DNA from: Puniceicoccaceae bacterium
Lineage (GTDB): Bacteria; Verrucomicrobiota; Verrucomicrobiia; Opitutales; Oceanipulchritudinaceae
Direction: 5' to 3'
NCBI GenBank assembly: GCA_040830765.1
Contig: JBFOMH010000021.1
Location: forward strand, 32,001 to 96,000
Length of the DNA stretch: 64,000 bases
Part shown: piece by piece, positions 9,647-19,110 of the stretch
Layout of the letters: the number at the start of each line of letters is the position of its first letter
How positions within the stretch are numbered: the stretch's first letter is position 1
Translations under genes and position numbers: made by a program
The notes under the pieces: model-generated
Seen by the model: only the letters and a program-made list of their open reading frames with translations
Told to the model about the DNA's origin: nothing
Database searches by the model: none

Positions 9647-9941
9647 TGATTAATATTTATTAATTCAAGGCGGTTGCCGGACGGCAATCAATCCAAAAGG
9701 TACCCGGAGAATTTGTTTGTAAGCAAATGGATGAGTGATTTTGCCGGTAAGAGGAGCCCGGTAAAAGAGGCGGGTGGAGAGACTCCCTCTTTCCTACAGG
9801 AATGATTGATAATCTCTCGTATCGGAGGAGCAAAATTTGGCTAAATTGGGAACCCTGACGTATCCTGCCTGTCCTTTTAATTGCTATCCCTGCTGAGGAC
9901 CGAATCGGAAAGGTACTACCCATATCAACCTGAAACCCACC

Positions 9942-11846
9942 ATGAGAAAAACCATACCAATGTCCCTGTTCAAATCAGCCAGACAACGGGCAGCCCTGCT
10001 GAGCCTTGGCCTGGCCATTACACTGCCGGCGGTGACCGCCTCAGCGGAGGTCGATGTGCTGAAAATAACGGAAGTGGATCCGACTGGCCTGACATTTGCT
10101 GACGGTTCACAGACGAAGTTCAGCAACAACATCAATGGCCGGACATTCGGCAAGCAGAACGCGGTAACCAGTTTTAACGGCTACCAGTATACCACCTACT
10201 ACGACAAGGATCGTTATGTTGTCCTTGGCCGGCGTGAACTTCCCGACGGGGAATGGGAACTGATCCGCTTTCAGGATTACAACATCACCAGCAGTGACGC
10301 CCATAACATCACATCGGTCGGCATTTGCGAAGGGGATGGAACCATTCACCTCTCATTTGACCACCACAAACACGACCTGAATTACCGGGTATCGGAGCAG
10401 GGAGTGGCCACGAATCCAAAGGCTGTCAACTGGACCAAGGACCTTTTTGGACCTGTCACCGACCAACTGGGATCTGTTGGCAAGCTGACAAACGTAACTT
10501 ACCCACGCTTTTTCAACGCTCCCAATGGTAACCTGATGCTCTACTATCGCGATGGTGGATCAGGGAATGGCCGGGGTGCCCTTCAGGAATATGATGCCAC
10601 GACCCACGATTGGACAACCGGTCTGGGCACCTTCATTTCCAGCGTTGGTTTATACAGCGGAACCTACACCTCCAGCAGTTCATCGCGGAATCCCTACCTC
10701 AATGGGATTTTCTACGCCGGGGACCGCCTTCATGTCTCCTGGGGCTGGCGGGAAACGACCTCTTCCCGCAGTAACCACGATGTTTGTTATGCCTACAGCG
10801 ATGATCACGGCCGCACCTGGTACAATACCGATGGCATTAAAATCGGCACCATCCGGACGAGACCCATGATCGTTACCGATCCCGGGCTGGTTGTCGGGGA
10901 AATCCCGCAGGACGAGGGTCTGACCAATCAGTACACTTCCTATTATTATCCGGATGGACGGGCCAGCGTCATGGTCTACCACAGCAACCGGTACGAGCAC
11001 TACTTCCGGACAGTCGATGGTACCTGGGACCTTGATATCCTGTCATTCGTCGGAAGCCGGCCGGACATTGCCGGTGACAAGGACGGTAATTTGTTTCTCG
11101 TTTACTCCTCCGGTGGGCGCCTGAAGATTGCCAAGGGAACGCCCAACAGCGAAGGGACAGCCTGGACCTGGAAGGTGATTTACACCCGTGGCGATGCCAC
11201 GGAAATGGGTGAAGGCATTTATGACCGTAGCCGTTGGGAAACGGATCGGATTCTCTCCGTCTTCGGCCAGGAGCAGCCGCCACAGACTCTTGACTATGGC
11301 AGTGGTCCGATGATCGACGGTATTCCGGCACCGGTGCACATTATTGACTTCCACGTTTCCTCCAGTGCGGTCCTGCCGGTACCGCGGAGTGGAGCTGGAC
11401 TCGTGCAGACATCCAGTAACCTGACCTGGACACCCGGACAAGGCGCAACAGCGCATCAGCTCTACATCGGTTCAACCGAGATATCCGTGAAGAGAGCGGA
11501 CACCAGTTCCCCGGAATACATGGGTGAAGTGCAAACGGCGGAATACACGCCGGCCAGCCTTGAAGCGGACCAGACCTATTTCTGGCGTGTCGACCAGGTC
11601 CAATCGGACGGTTCGGTCGTCAAGGGTGCGGTCTGGAGCTTTACCACCGCAAGTGACGTTGTCGTGACGGAGTGGGCCGGGTACCCGGTTTCCGAAGCGG
11701 GTGATGTCAATACGGACCCCTGGATGGGCTTTCTGAATGTGACCCTGGAGCCCTACGTCTGGAGCTACAGCTTGAATCAGTGGACCTATATCGAGGAATC
11801 CATCGTCACAGAGGATGGCAGCTGGACGTATTTCCTGAACCTATAG
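9942..11846 (+). CDS. Secreted BNR-4 repeat protein (possible polysaccharide lyase) with Ig/Fn3-like domain and shared C-terminal module
   Basis: Signal peptide; 'DAHN...DGTIHLSFDHH', 'TYPRFF', Asp-box 'YAYSDDHGRTW'; 'TYFWRVD...G.VWSFTT' Ig/Fn3-like block; C-terminal 59 aa homologous to 138..995. Confidence 0.75.
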   Translation: MRKTIPMSLFKSARQRAALLSLGLAITLPAVTASAEVDVLKITEVDPTGLTFADGSQTKFSNNINGRTFGKQNAVTSFNGYQYTTYYDKDRYVVLGRRELPDGEWELIRFQDYNITSSDAHNITSVGICEGDGTIHLSFDHHKHDLNYRVSEQGVATNPKAVNWTKDLFGPVTDQLGSVGKLTNVTYPRFFNAPNGNLMLYYRDGGSGNGRGALQEYDATTHDWTTGLGTFISSVGLYSGTYTSSSSSRNPYLNGIFYAGDRLHVSWGWRETTSSRSNHDVCYAYSDDHGRTWYNTDGIKIGTIRTRPMIVTDPGLVVGEIPQDEGLTNQYTSYYYPDGRASVMVYHSNRYEHYFRTVDGTWDLDILSFVGSRPDIAGDKDGNLFLVYSSGGRLKIAKGTPNSEGTAWTWKVIYTRGDATEMGEGIYDRSRWETDRILSVFGQEQPPQTLDYGSGPMIDGIPAPVHIIDFHVSSSAVLPVPRSGAGLVQTSSNLTWTPGQGATAHQLYIGSTEISVKRADTSSPEYMGEVQTAEYTPASLEADQTYFWRVDQVQSDGSVVKGAVWSFTTASDVVVTEWAGYPVSEAGDVNTDPWMGFLNVTLEPYVWSYSLNQWTYIEESIVTEDGSWTYFLNL

Positions 11847-11903
11847 GTCCCACCCAGCGGGGAATCTCTCCACATTCTTCAGGAGGATCCTGAAGGAACG
11901 GAA

Positions 11904-13178
11904 TTACTGGCCCTGGGACAGCTGTCTTGGGCTGTACTTTTCCATGAAACGCAGGTAGAAATCCACAGGATCCTGTGGGGCGTCCGCCATGTTGAGATAA
12001 TTCATCTCATACTGTTGCAGAAGGTGGGTAATGGCCTGCTTCAATCGTGCCTGGGCCAGCTTTTCCTCCTCGGAACCGGATGCTGCCCGGTAAGCGGCCG
12101 CGGCCATTTCAAATTCCAGCCAGGCTTCCCGTAACTCGGGGGAAAGGGTTTCCTCGGTGGTGATGGCCTCCGAATCACTCAAGTCAATTGCCGCCAGAGA
12201 CTGGGACATGGATTCAATGGCATTTAAGTTGGCTTCAAGCCGTTGCAGTTTCTCGACCTGACGGGAGAGGTTGTTCCTCAGGTTGGTATTGGCGGTGACT
12301 ACCTGATTGATGGTGGAGACCTGTGTCTTGAGTTTTTCCGGAATCTCAAAGTCCCCGATAATTTCCCCGGCTGTCCTTGGTACCGGCACTCTCAGGGATT
12401 CATTGGCCACGACACGATACGGGGTTCGCCTGCCACCCGGGCTGTAATACCGGTACTCGATGTCATTGAATCGGGTCAGCAGGTAACTGAGGTCGCTTTC
12501 CGGCAATTCGTAGGCGTTCTCGAGATTTTTGGCTATATCCGAAAGGGTCTCCGTTGCTCCCACAAGATATGTCTGAAATTCAAAATTCTCCTCATCGAGC
12601 CGGTTGATGGACAAGGCGTCGATGGTGGAGACGTCATCAAAGAGCTGATCCCAGCCCGTTCGCGCTTCTTCGAGACTGGAGGTGATGGCTTCCGATTCGC
12701 TCCGCATCTCGTCAATCAGGTTCAGGGTGTCGGAGAGCTCGGTGGCTGAGTTGCGGGCCTCCGCTTCATAACTGTCAAGGGCTTCCTGGACGATAAGGGA
12801 GGCCGCTTCCAGCTTTTCACTTTGTGCACTGGATTGATCCTGCATGGAACCGACAAAGGAGGCTATGTGGGATTCCATCAGGGTCGCCAGTTGGCCGAAT
12901 TGGCCGGAAATTTCTTCCTCGAAGGATGCCTGGACCACTTCCGGTTCCGCATCGGGTTGGGTCGCTGTACCATCCGGGACCATCGCTGAATCATCATCTG
13001 CAGCTGCTGTCGCCGCTGTTCCGGGACTGGCTGCCGCATCGGTTGCCGTCGTTTCGGTGGCCGTCTCCTGACCTCCGGGGAAAAGGATCGGATCCGTTGT
13101 CTCGCGATAAATAAAGTAGCCTCCGAGGGCCACCAGGAGGAGTACGATTAGGAGCAGGATGGCGTCGTAGCGTGTCAT
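11904..13178 (-). CDS. Hypothetical membrane-anchored acidic coiled-coil protein
   Basis: 424-aa ORF with N-terminal TM helix, Ala/Thr linker and long helical E/Q/L-rich body; no family recognised. Confidence 0.7.
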   Translation of the reverse strand: MTRYDAILLLIVLLLVALGGYFIYRETTDPILFPGGQETATETTATDAAASPGTAATAAADDDSAMVPDGTATQPDAEPEVVQASFEEEISGQFGQLATLMESHIASFVGSMQDQSSAQSEKLEAASLIVQEALDSYEAEARNSATELSDTLNLIDEMRSESEAITSSLEEARTGWDQLFDDVSTIDALSINRLDEENFEFQTYLVGATETLSDIAKNLENAYELPESDLSYLLTRFNDIEYRYYSPGGRRTPYRVVANESLRVPVPRTAGEIIGDFEIPEKLKTQVSTINQVVTANTNLRNNLSRQVEKLQRLEANLNAIESMSQSLAAIDLSDSEAITTEETLSPELREAWLEFEMAAAAYRAASGSEEEKLAQARLKQAITHLLQQYEMNYLNMADAPQDPVDFYLRFMEKYSPRQLSQGQ

Positions 13179-13407
13179 AAATGTTTGGTGTTCAGGATTA
13201 GAGCGGTGTCAGCTATGGGGACCAATTTTCCAGACTATCGACTGCCAAGTCAAGGGTGGCCATGATGCCGGTTTTACCTGCAAATTGCCTCTCGGGAAGG
13301 CTTACGGGCATATAAAAGCCCCGGTCTGTACGACCGAGGCTTAAATTGGGCCTGCCCAGCGACTTGTCATGCAAAACACAGTGAAGCATGAAGCCGGGAG
13401 GCGAAGA

Positions 13408-13475
13408 TGGGTGCCCACGCTTCACTTCGTTTCGCGGGGCACTCCAATTTCTATCGAAGCGGAGCTTCGAGAAAT

Positions 13476-13482
<7 letters not shown>
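13408..13482. repeat. Overlapping hairpins immediately 3' of the tRNA, incorporating copies of the tRNA end
   Basis: GCACTCCAATTTC-ta-TCGAAGC-gga-GCTTCGA-GAAATTGGGTGC (13439-13482) and GTGCCCACGC...GCGGGGCAC (13411-13442). Confidence 0.6.
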
Positions 13483-13559
<77 letters not shown>

Positions 13560-13676
13560 GATGGGGATTGCCGATCGGCAAAGATGAGAAAGATGGACGG
13601 GATTTTGGCTGATTCAAGTATTTTCTTTAGAAATTTGAAGACTTGGAAATACGGAGTTGGATGGTTTACTGCTGCT

Positions 13677-14645
13677 ATGAAGACAATTCGCTGGGGAATC
13701 ATCGGGTGCGGGGACGTCTGTGAGGTGAAGAGTGGTCCCGGGCTGCAGAAGGCAAGTGGTTCGGAATTGGTTGCGGTGATGCGGCGGGACCCGGTGAAGG
13801 CGGCGGATTACGCGAAGCGCCACGGGGTGCCGCGCTGGTATAATGATGGAGCGGCCTTAATTGGAGATTCCGAGGTTGATGCGGTCTACATCGCGACGCC
13901 CCCGGGGAACCATTTGGAATACACCCGGATGGCGGCTCTTGCAGGGAAGCCGGTCTATGTTGAAAAACCGATGGCGGGGACCCATAACGAATGTCTTGAA
14001 ATGCTGGAAGTTTGCGAGGCTGCCGGGGTGCCCTTGTTTGTTGCCTATTACCGGCGTTGCCTGCCGCGGTTTCTGGCGGTTTGCGAGGCCGTACAAGCCG
14101 GGAGGATCGGTAAGCCTATGACGGTGCACATCGCGTTCCGGCGTCCGCCGTCCCCAAAGGAGTTGGGACCGGACAAGCTTTGGCGGGTCATTCCCGAGCA
14201 ATCAGGCGGCGGTCACTTGTGGGACATGGGAAGTCATGCGCTTGACTATCTGGATTACCTTTTAGGACCCATTGAGGAGGCAAGCGGCTTTGCGACCAAC
14301 TCGGCGGGTCTTTACGAGCCTGAGGATACCGTTTGCGGGAGTTTCCGGTTTGCCAACGGCGTCCTGGGGTCAGGTGCCTGGAGTTTTGCCTGCGGGGTGG
14401 AGGAGGACAGCATGGATATAATCGGCTCGGAAGGCAAAGTCAGCCTGTCCGTATTCGGGACCGAGCCACCCAGGCTGGTGACGAACGACGGATGCGAGAA
14501 TCTCGTCGGGGGGACGCCTGTTCATGTCCAGCAACCGCTGATCCAGACTATTGTCGATGAGCTCAACGGCTCCGGGAAATGTCCCAGTACAGGCGAGAGT
14601 GCCGCCCGGACCAACAAGGTCCTCGAGCAGTTAGCCGGATGCTGA
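13677..14645 (+). CDS. Gfo/Idh/MocA family oxidoreductase
   Basis: 'IRWGIIGCG', 'VDAVYIATPP', 'EKPM', 'GGG.LWD.GSH..D'. Start at ATG 13677. Confidence 0.93.
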   Translation: MKTIRWGIIGCGDVCEVKSGPGLQKASGSELVAVMRRDPVKAADYAKRHGVPRWYNDGAALIGDSEVDAVYIATPPGNHLEYTRMAALAGKPVYVEKPMAGTHNECLEMLEVCEAAGVPLFVAYYRRCLPRFLAVCEAVQAGRIGKPMTVHIAFRRPPSPKELGPDKLWRVIPEQSGGGHLWDMGSHALDYLDYLLGPIEEASGFATNSAGLYEPEDTVCGSFRFANGVLGSGAWSFACGVEEDSMDIIGSEGKVSLSVFGTEPPRLVTNDGCENLVGGTPVHVQQPLIQTIVDELNGSGKCPSTGESAARTNKVLEQLAGC

Positions 14646-14818
14646 GCCAGCCCCAAAGGCTATGCGGTCGCAGGATCTGGTTTTGGAAAAGGAGGTCTTT
14701 ATCCAGCCAGTATGGAATAGAGTGCTGGTTCCCTAACGTTCTGTTCCAGGGAGGATTTGTCAGCCCTGAGGGTATTTCCGCTTGATTCAGCCTGTCGGGG
14801 AGGCAATCATGGGACACT

Positions 14819-15583
14819 ATGAAGAAGTTGCTCAAGACCTGCCTCTTATTGCTTTCGACGGCCCCGTTTATCACCCCACTGGTTCTTGCGGATAGTGAAT
14901 GGGAATGGTCGCTGGAGCCCTATTTTGCCACCTCCACCATTGATGGGGATGTTGGTATCGGCAGGAGGCTCGATACCAACATAACTGTTGATACCAAGCA
15001 AATCCTGGAGAATCTCGACATCGGAGGCATGATTCACGGAGAGGGGCACCACAGCAGTGGTTGGGGTGGTACGTTTGATTTCGCCTTTATGAAGTTGGGC
15101 GATGACATTTCCGGACCATTTGACGGTTTGAACGAAGTGCGTTTCAAGCAATCGATACTCGAAGCGACCCTGATGAGGCGGATTGCCGGTGAAAGCGGGA
15201 CTTGGGACATTTATGTTGGGATGCGGCGTTGGGATAATGAATTGAAGGTTGTCCTCGATATAAACACTTCCGAAGGAAGGCCCGAATTCAAGGGAGGGGA
15301 TAACTGGATTGATCCGATATTCGGGGTCCGGTACTTCACGCCATTGAGTGAAAAGTGGACCTTTGTCCTGCGGGGTGACATCGGTGGGTTGGGGATTGGC
15401 TCCGACTTTACCCTGAAAACGGCCACCGCCTTTCAATACCGTTTCAACAAGACCTTCTCCCTGGATCTTCAATATTACGGAGTATGGGTGGACTTCGAAA
15501 ATGGCAAAGCGGACACTGGGGATTATTTCAAGTATGACACGGTCACGCATGGCTTGATCGTCGGACTCATCATTGATTTCTAG
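14819..15583 (+). CDS. Putative outer-membrane beta-barrel protein
   Basis: Signal peptide, amphipathic beta strands, C-terminal Phe (GLIIDF). Confidence 0.7.
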   Translation: MKKLLKTCLLLLSTAPFITPLVLADSEWEWSLEPYFATSTIDGDVGIGRRLDTNITVDTKQILENLDIGGMIHGEGHHSSGWGGTFDFAFMKLGDDISGPFDGLNEVRFKQSILEATLMRRIAGESGTWDIYVGMRRWDNELKVVLDINTSEGRPEFKGGDNWIDPIFGVRYFTPLSEKWTFVLRGDIGGLGIGSDFTLKTATAFQYRFNKTFSLDLQYYGVWVDFENGKADTGDYFKYDTVTHGLIVGLIIDF

Positions 15584-15600
15584 ATTGCCAAAACTAGCAG

Positions 15601-16818
15601 ATGAGCGAATTTGCGGTCACTCCGGTTGATACACTGATCGTCAGCATTGTCGTCCTCTACATGGGTAACGTGCTGACCCGGAAGATCGGCCTTCTGAAAA
15701 AGTACAGCATCCCCCAGGCGGTGACAGGTGGCCTGCTGGTCAGCCTACTGGTTCTGGCTATCGGTTCCATGGGTGGGCCCAAGATCACCTTTGACATGAC
15801 ATTGCGGGACGCCTTCTTGCTGGCATTTTTCAGCACAATCGGCCTCTCAGCGAAGCTGGGAAGACTCAAGGAAGGTGGAAAGCCCCTGGTCATCCTGCTA
15901 ATTTGCGCTGGGGTCTTCCTCTTCATCCAGGATGCTATTGGGGTTGGCCTGGCCTTGATAATGGGAGGCCATCCGGGCTATGGCCTGTTTGCCGGAAGCG
16001 TTTCCTTTGCCGGGGGACACGGCACGGCTATCGCCTGGGGTCAGGAAGCGGAAGCGGCGGGCCTTGAGGGGGCAGCCCTAATCGGCATTGCCTTTGCCAC
16101 TTTTGGCCTGATCGCCGGTGGAATCATCGGCGGTCCCCTGGGGGAAAGATTGATCCGGAAGCACCAGTTGGCTCCCTGTGAGGGGAAAGGGGACCTCCCC
16201 ATGATGGCCAGGAAGGATGAAGCCCTTCAACCGATGGAACCGGTGACCATGCAGCGGGCCCTGACAACCATTTTCATTCTGGCTATTTGCGTTTCCTTGG
16301 GGGACATGGTGAACCGGTTGTTTTTTTCCGCCGGCGTCAAGCTGCCAGGCTTTCTCACCGCCATGATGGTCGGGATCCTCATTACCAATATGGCCGATGT
16401 CCTTAAAAAGGAGATCCGCCAGAGAGACTTTGACCGGGTAGGTGACGGTGCCCTCCAGCTTTTCCTCGCGATGAGTCTCATGAGCCTCGATTTGGCAGCA
16501 CTGGCCAGCGGAATGCGGACCATCCTTATTGTCCTCTTCGTCCAGGTGCTGGTGATTACTCTTTTTGCCGCCTTCATTGTTTTCCGTGTAATGGGGAAGA
16601 CCTACGATGCAGCCGTAATTTGCGCTGGCTTCACAGGTCTTGGCCTGGGCGCAACGCCCGTGGCCATCGCCAACATGAATGCCATCACCAGCAAGCACGG
16701 GCCCTCCTTCAAGGCATTTCTAGTGGTTCCGCTGGTGGGGGCATTCTTCATCGACCTGATCAATGCCCTCGTGATCAAGTTCTTCCTGGGGCTGCCCATC
16801 ATGCAGGGCGGATTCTGA
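15601..16818 (+). CDS. gltS: Sodium/glutamate symporter
   Basis: 'KYSIP.AVTGG', 'FFSTIGL', 'GGHGT', 'GLGATP.AIANM', 'LVVPLVGAFFID' are GltS motifs. Confidence 0.93.
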   Translation: MSEFAVTPVDTLIVSIVVLYMGNVLTRKIGLLKKYSIPQAVTGGLLVSLLVLAIGSMGGPKITFDMTLRDAFLLAFFSTIGLSAKLGRLKEGGKPLVILLICAGVFLFIQDAIGVGLALIMGGHPGYGLFAGSVSFAGGHGTAIAWGQEAEAAGLEGAALIGIAFATFGLIAGGIIGGPLGERLIRKHQLAPCEGKGDLPMMARKDEALQPMEPVTMQRALTTIFILAICVSLGDMVNRLFFSAGVKLPGFLTAMMVGILITNMADVLKKEIRQRDFDRVGDGALQLFLAMSLMSLDLAALASGMRTILIVLFVQVLVITLFAAFIVFRVMGKTYDAAVICAGFTGLGLGATPVAIANMNAITSKHGPSFKAFLVVPLVGAFFIDLINALVIKFFLGLPIMQGGF

Positions 16819-16884
16819 CTCCGGGCCTTATTGCTGACCAGCTTGAGATTGACGCAGGAACGCCACTGATTAAGGATCAAGCAG

Positions 16885-17817
16885 ATGGCATCGCTCAAGA
16901 ATTCCGCGACCTATATTCTGGCTGCCGCCCTGTTTGCCCTGGCGGTGGCATTGGTTTATTTCTCGGTGGTTTTGACGAGAGTCCTGATAGCGCTGCCTGA
17001 ACTCACCGAGGAAATCCAGGTCACGGCGGAGAAGATCGATCCCATCATCGATGAAGTCCATGCCATCCAGGTGCAGATCCCCCTCATCCTGGAGGAGGTG
17101 GCCCTGATCCGGGAGCAAATACCGCCGATTCTGGAACAGGTCCCCCCGATTCTTGAGGAGGTGGAACAAATACGTCTGACTATACCTTCTGTCTTGTCGG
17201 AATCAGAACAGATTCGCCTCACCATCCCTGCGATTCTCGAAGAGACAGCGGCCTACCGGGAACAGATACCGGAAATCCTGCAGCGCGTTGATGCCATCGA
17301 AGAGCAAGTGCCTTTTATAGTTGCTGAAGTTGAGGCGGTGCGTGGGACCATTCCCGACATCCTTGAGCAGGTGGAGGCCATTCGGGCGGAGATTCCCCAA
17401 CACTTGGATCAGGCCGAGCGGATCAGCCTGAATATAGAGGAGGCCGGCCAAAAGGCTGGTGAAGGAGCAGTTACCGGGGTTTTCACAGGTATCATCAAGG
17501 CCCCGATGAGCATCGTCTCCGGAATTAGCGGGTCGATTTTCTCCAGTTCTGAATTGAATGAGGAGGATCATCGAGCCATTGGAAAAGCCATGGAGGCTGT
17601 TGTTTCGGTGGCAAAAGTCGGGGAGACCGTCGACTGGCAAAACAAGGAGTCCGGGGCCAAGGGGAAAGTTAAGATAGTCAGCATTGACGAGCAATCCGAC
17701 CCCCCCTGCATGACGCTCAACATCACTGCCTACCGGCGATACAAGAAAGTTGGTGAAGGCCTTGCCACCGTCTGCCGTAGGGCTGATGGAACTTGGGAAT
17801 TCGTCGGGGTGGAGTAA
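16885..17817 (+). CDS. Hypothetical membrane-anchored protein with ~14-aa amphipathic repeats and a C-terminal surface-antigen-like domain
   Basis: N-terminal TM; repeats of type 'EEV..IR.QIP.IL'; C-terminal 'W.N.ESGA.G.V...C...C...DGTW' resembles 17-kDa surface antigen (RT0821-like) domains. Confidence 0.65.
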   Translation: MASLKNSATYILAAALFALAVALVYFSVVLTRVLIALPELTEEIQVTAEKIDPIIDEVHAIQVQIPLILEEVALIREQIPPILEQVPPILEEVEQIRLTIPSVLSESEQIRLTIPAILEETAAYREQIPEILQRVDAIEEQVPFIVAEVEAVRGTIPDILEQVEAIRAEIPQHLDQAERISLNIEEAGQKAGEGAVTGVFTGIIKAPMSIVSGISGSIFSSSELNEEDHRAIGKAMEAVVSVAKVGETVDWQNKESGAKGKVKIVSIDEQSDPPCMTLNITAYRRYKKVGEGLATVCRRADGTWEFVGVE

Positions 17818-17847
17818 CCGATAGCCCTACCTAAGCACCCGAGTGTT

Positions 17848-18996
17848 TTACCTTTTGTCTTTCGGGCTAAACAGATTCGGCAGGTCCTGGGCAATCAGCT
17901 TGCGGTAGTCGTAATACCACCGGAAGCGGATGGATATGCCGAAGTCCTGTCCGGTTTCTTCAACGATGGGCAACTTGAGCCGGAGACCGACGTCCCAGTT
18001 GCCGGGGATGAAGATGCCGTCCCGGATTTCCTTGGTGGGGAACCAGGTAATGGAGGGATAGGCGATAACCTCATGCACACTGGTGAACGCAAGGTACCAG
18101 TTTTCCCGACGGAATCCGGGTGGTGGCACCAGACTGGGCAGGGGTCTTGGGCCGGCTGCGTCCCGGAAATCCAGTGCATTTGTCCGGTACTCCAGTTCGA
18201 AGGAATAGCGGAAATTTCCACCGGGATAATAAATGAAGCCGGGACGCAGGAATATCCGGTCCTTGGGCTGTGGGTCGACCGGTTCCGCCCGGAAGGGCGT
18301 CTGTTCAACAAACTCGTAGGCCACATTGAGGTAAACCAGCCAGTGGGGGTGCTCCTTTAACTGGTGGCTGAGCGAGACATAGGGCTCGTAGCGGGCGTAG
18401 CCATCCGTGATCTCAATCGGGGGATCGGAAATCGGCATTTCTGCATCGAAACCAATCGCCACGTTGACATCGGAATCCCAGGCATTGATCCAGCTGTATT
18501 TACCCCCGACCATCCACATGTACAGGCCCACGCCATCGCCACTGCCGAAGGGATTCGGAAAGTAGGTTCCGACATCGCTACGGACCTCGAAGTAGCGGCT
18601 GGGGTTGTAGCGAACCCCAATCGGGAAGCGCACATAGTCATCCCCCAGAAAGTCCCCGAATTTGGGGCTCAGGCGCAAACTTAGCTGTCCCTTCTGTTGT
18701 GCCCCGGGAAGATTGGTATCAAACAATTCGTCGTTAACACGTGGGGTGAAGATTCGGCGCAGGACCTGGTTGCTCTCGATATTGTCAGGAAGTTCACTTT
18801 CATAGTACTTCTGGTACTCGGCCTCTCGTTCCTTCCGTTCATCCTGCTCGTTGGGATTGCCGAAGAATTGTCCACTGGAACGATCGTTCTCCTCCTCCGT
18901 CGGGTCCACAACGCCGACTTGAGCGTAGAGAAGCGTGCCTGCCATCAGGATCAGGCAGAGTATCAATCCGGTTTTTGCATGCGTTCGCGCTGGCAT
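17848..18996 (-). CDS. Secreted protein, probable outer-membrane beta-barrel
   Basis: Signal peptide; aromatic-rich alternating strands ('FPIGVRY', 'YSFELEYR', 'GISIRFRWYY'). Confidence 0.6.
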   Translation of the reverse strand: MPARTHAKTGLILCLILMAGTLLYAQVGVVDPTEEENDRSSGQFFGNPNEQDERKEREAEYQKYYESELPDNIESNQVLRRIFTPRVNDELFDTNLPGAQQKGQLSLRLSPKFGDFLGDDYVRFPIGVRYNPSRYFEVRSDVGTYFPNPFGSGDGVGLYMWMVGGKYSWINAWDSDVNVAIGFDAEMPISDPPIEITDGYARYEPYVSLSHQLKEHPHWLVYLNVAYEFVEQTPFRAEPVDPQPKDRIFLRPGFIYYPGGNFRYSFELEYRTNALDFRDAAGPRPLPSLVPPPGFRRENWYLAFTSVHEVIAYPSITWFPTKEIRDGIFIPGNWDVGLRLKLPIVEETGQDFGISIRFRWYYDYRKLIAQDLPNLFSPKDKR

Positions 18997-19110
18997 GGCT
19001 ACAGGATTGAGTGTTTTCCGTGGATGGCAATCTTTTGACGAGCTCTGTCACGACCATTAGGAGCAAGTCCATGATTGACGGGCATTGCTCCGTTTGTGTG
19101 ATTGTTGGCG

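Noticed and set aside
11876..11898. Hairpin TTCTTCAGGA-gga-TCCTGAAGGA between convergent genes
   Set aside because: No U-tract on either strand; too weak to call a terminator or a repeat family.
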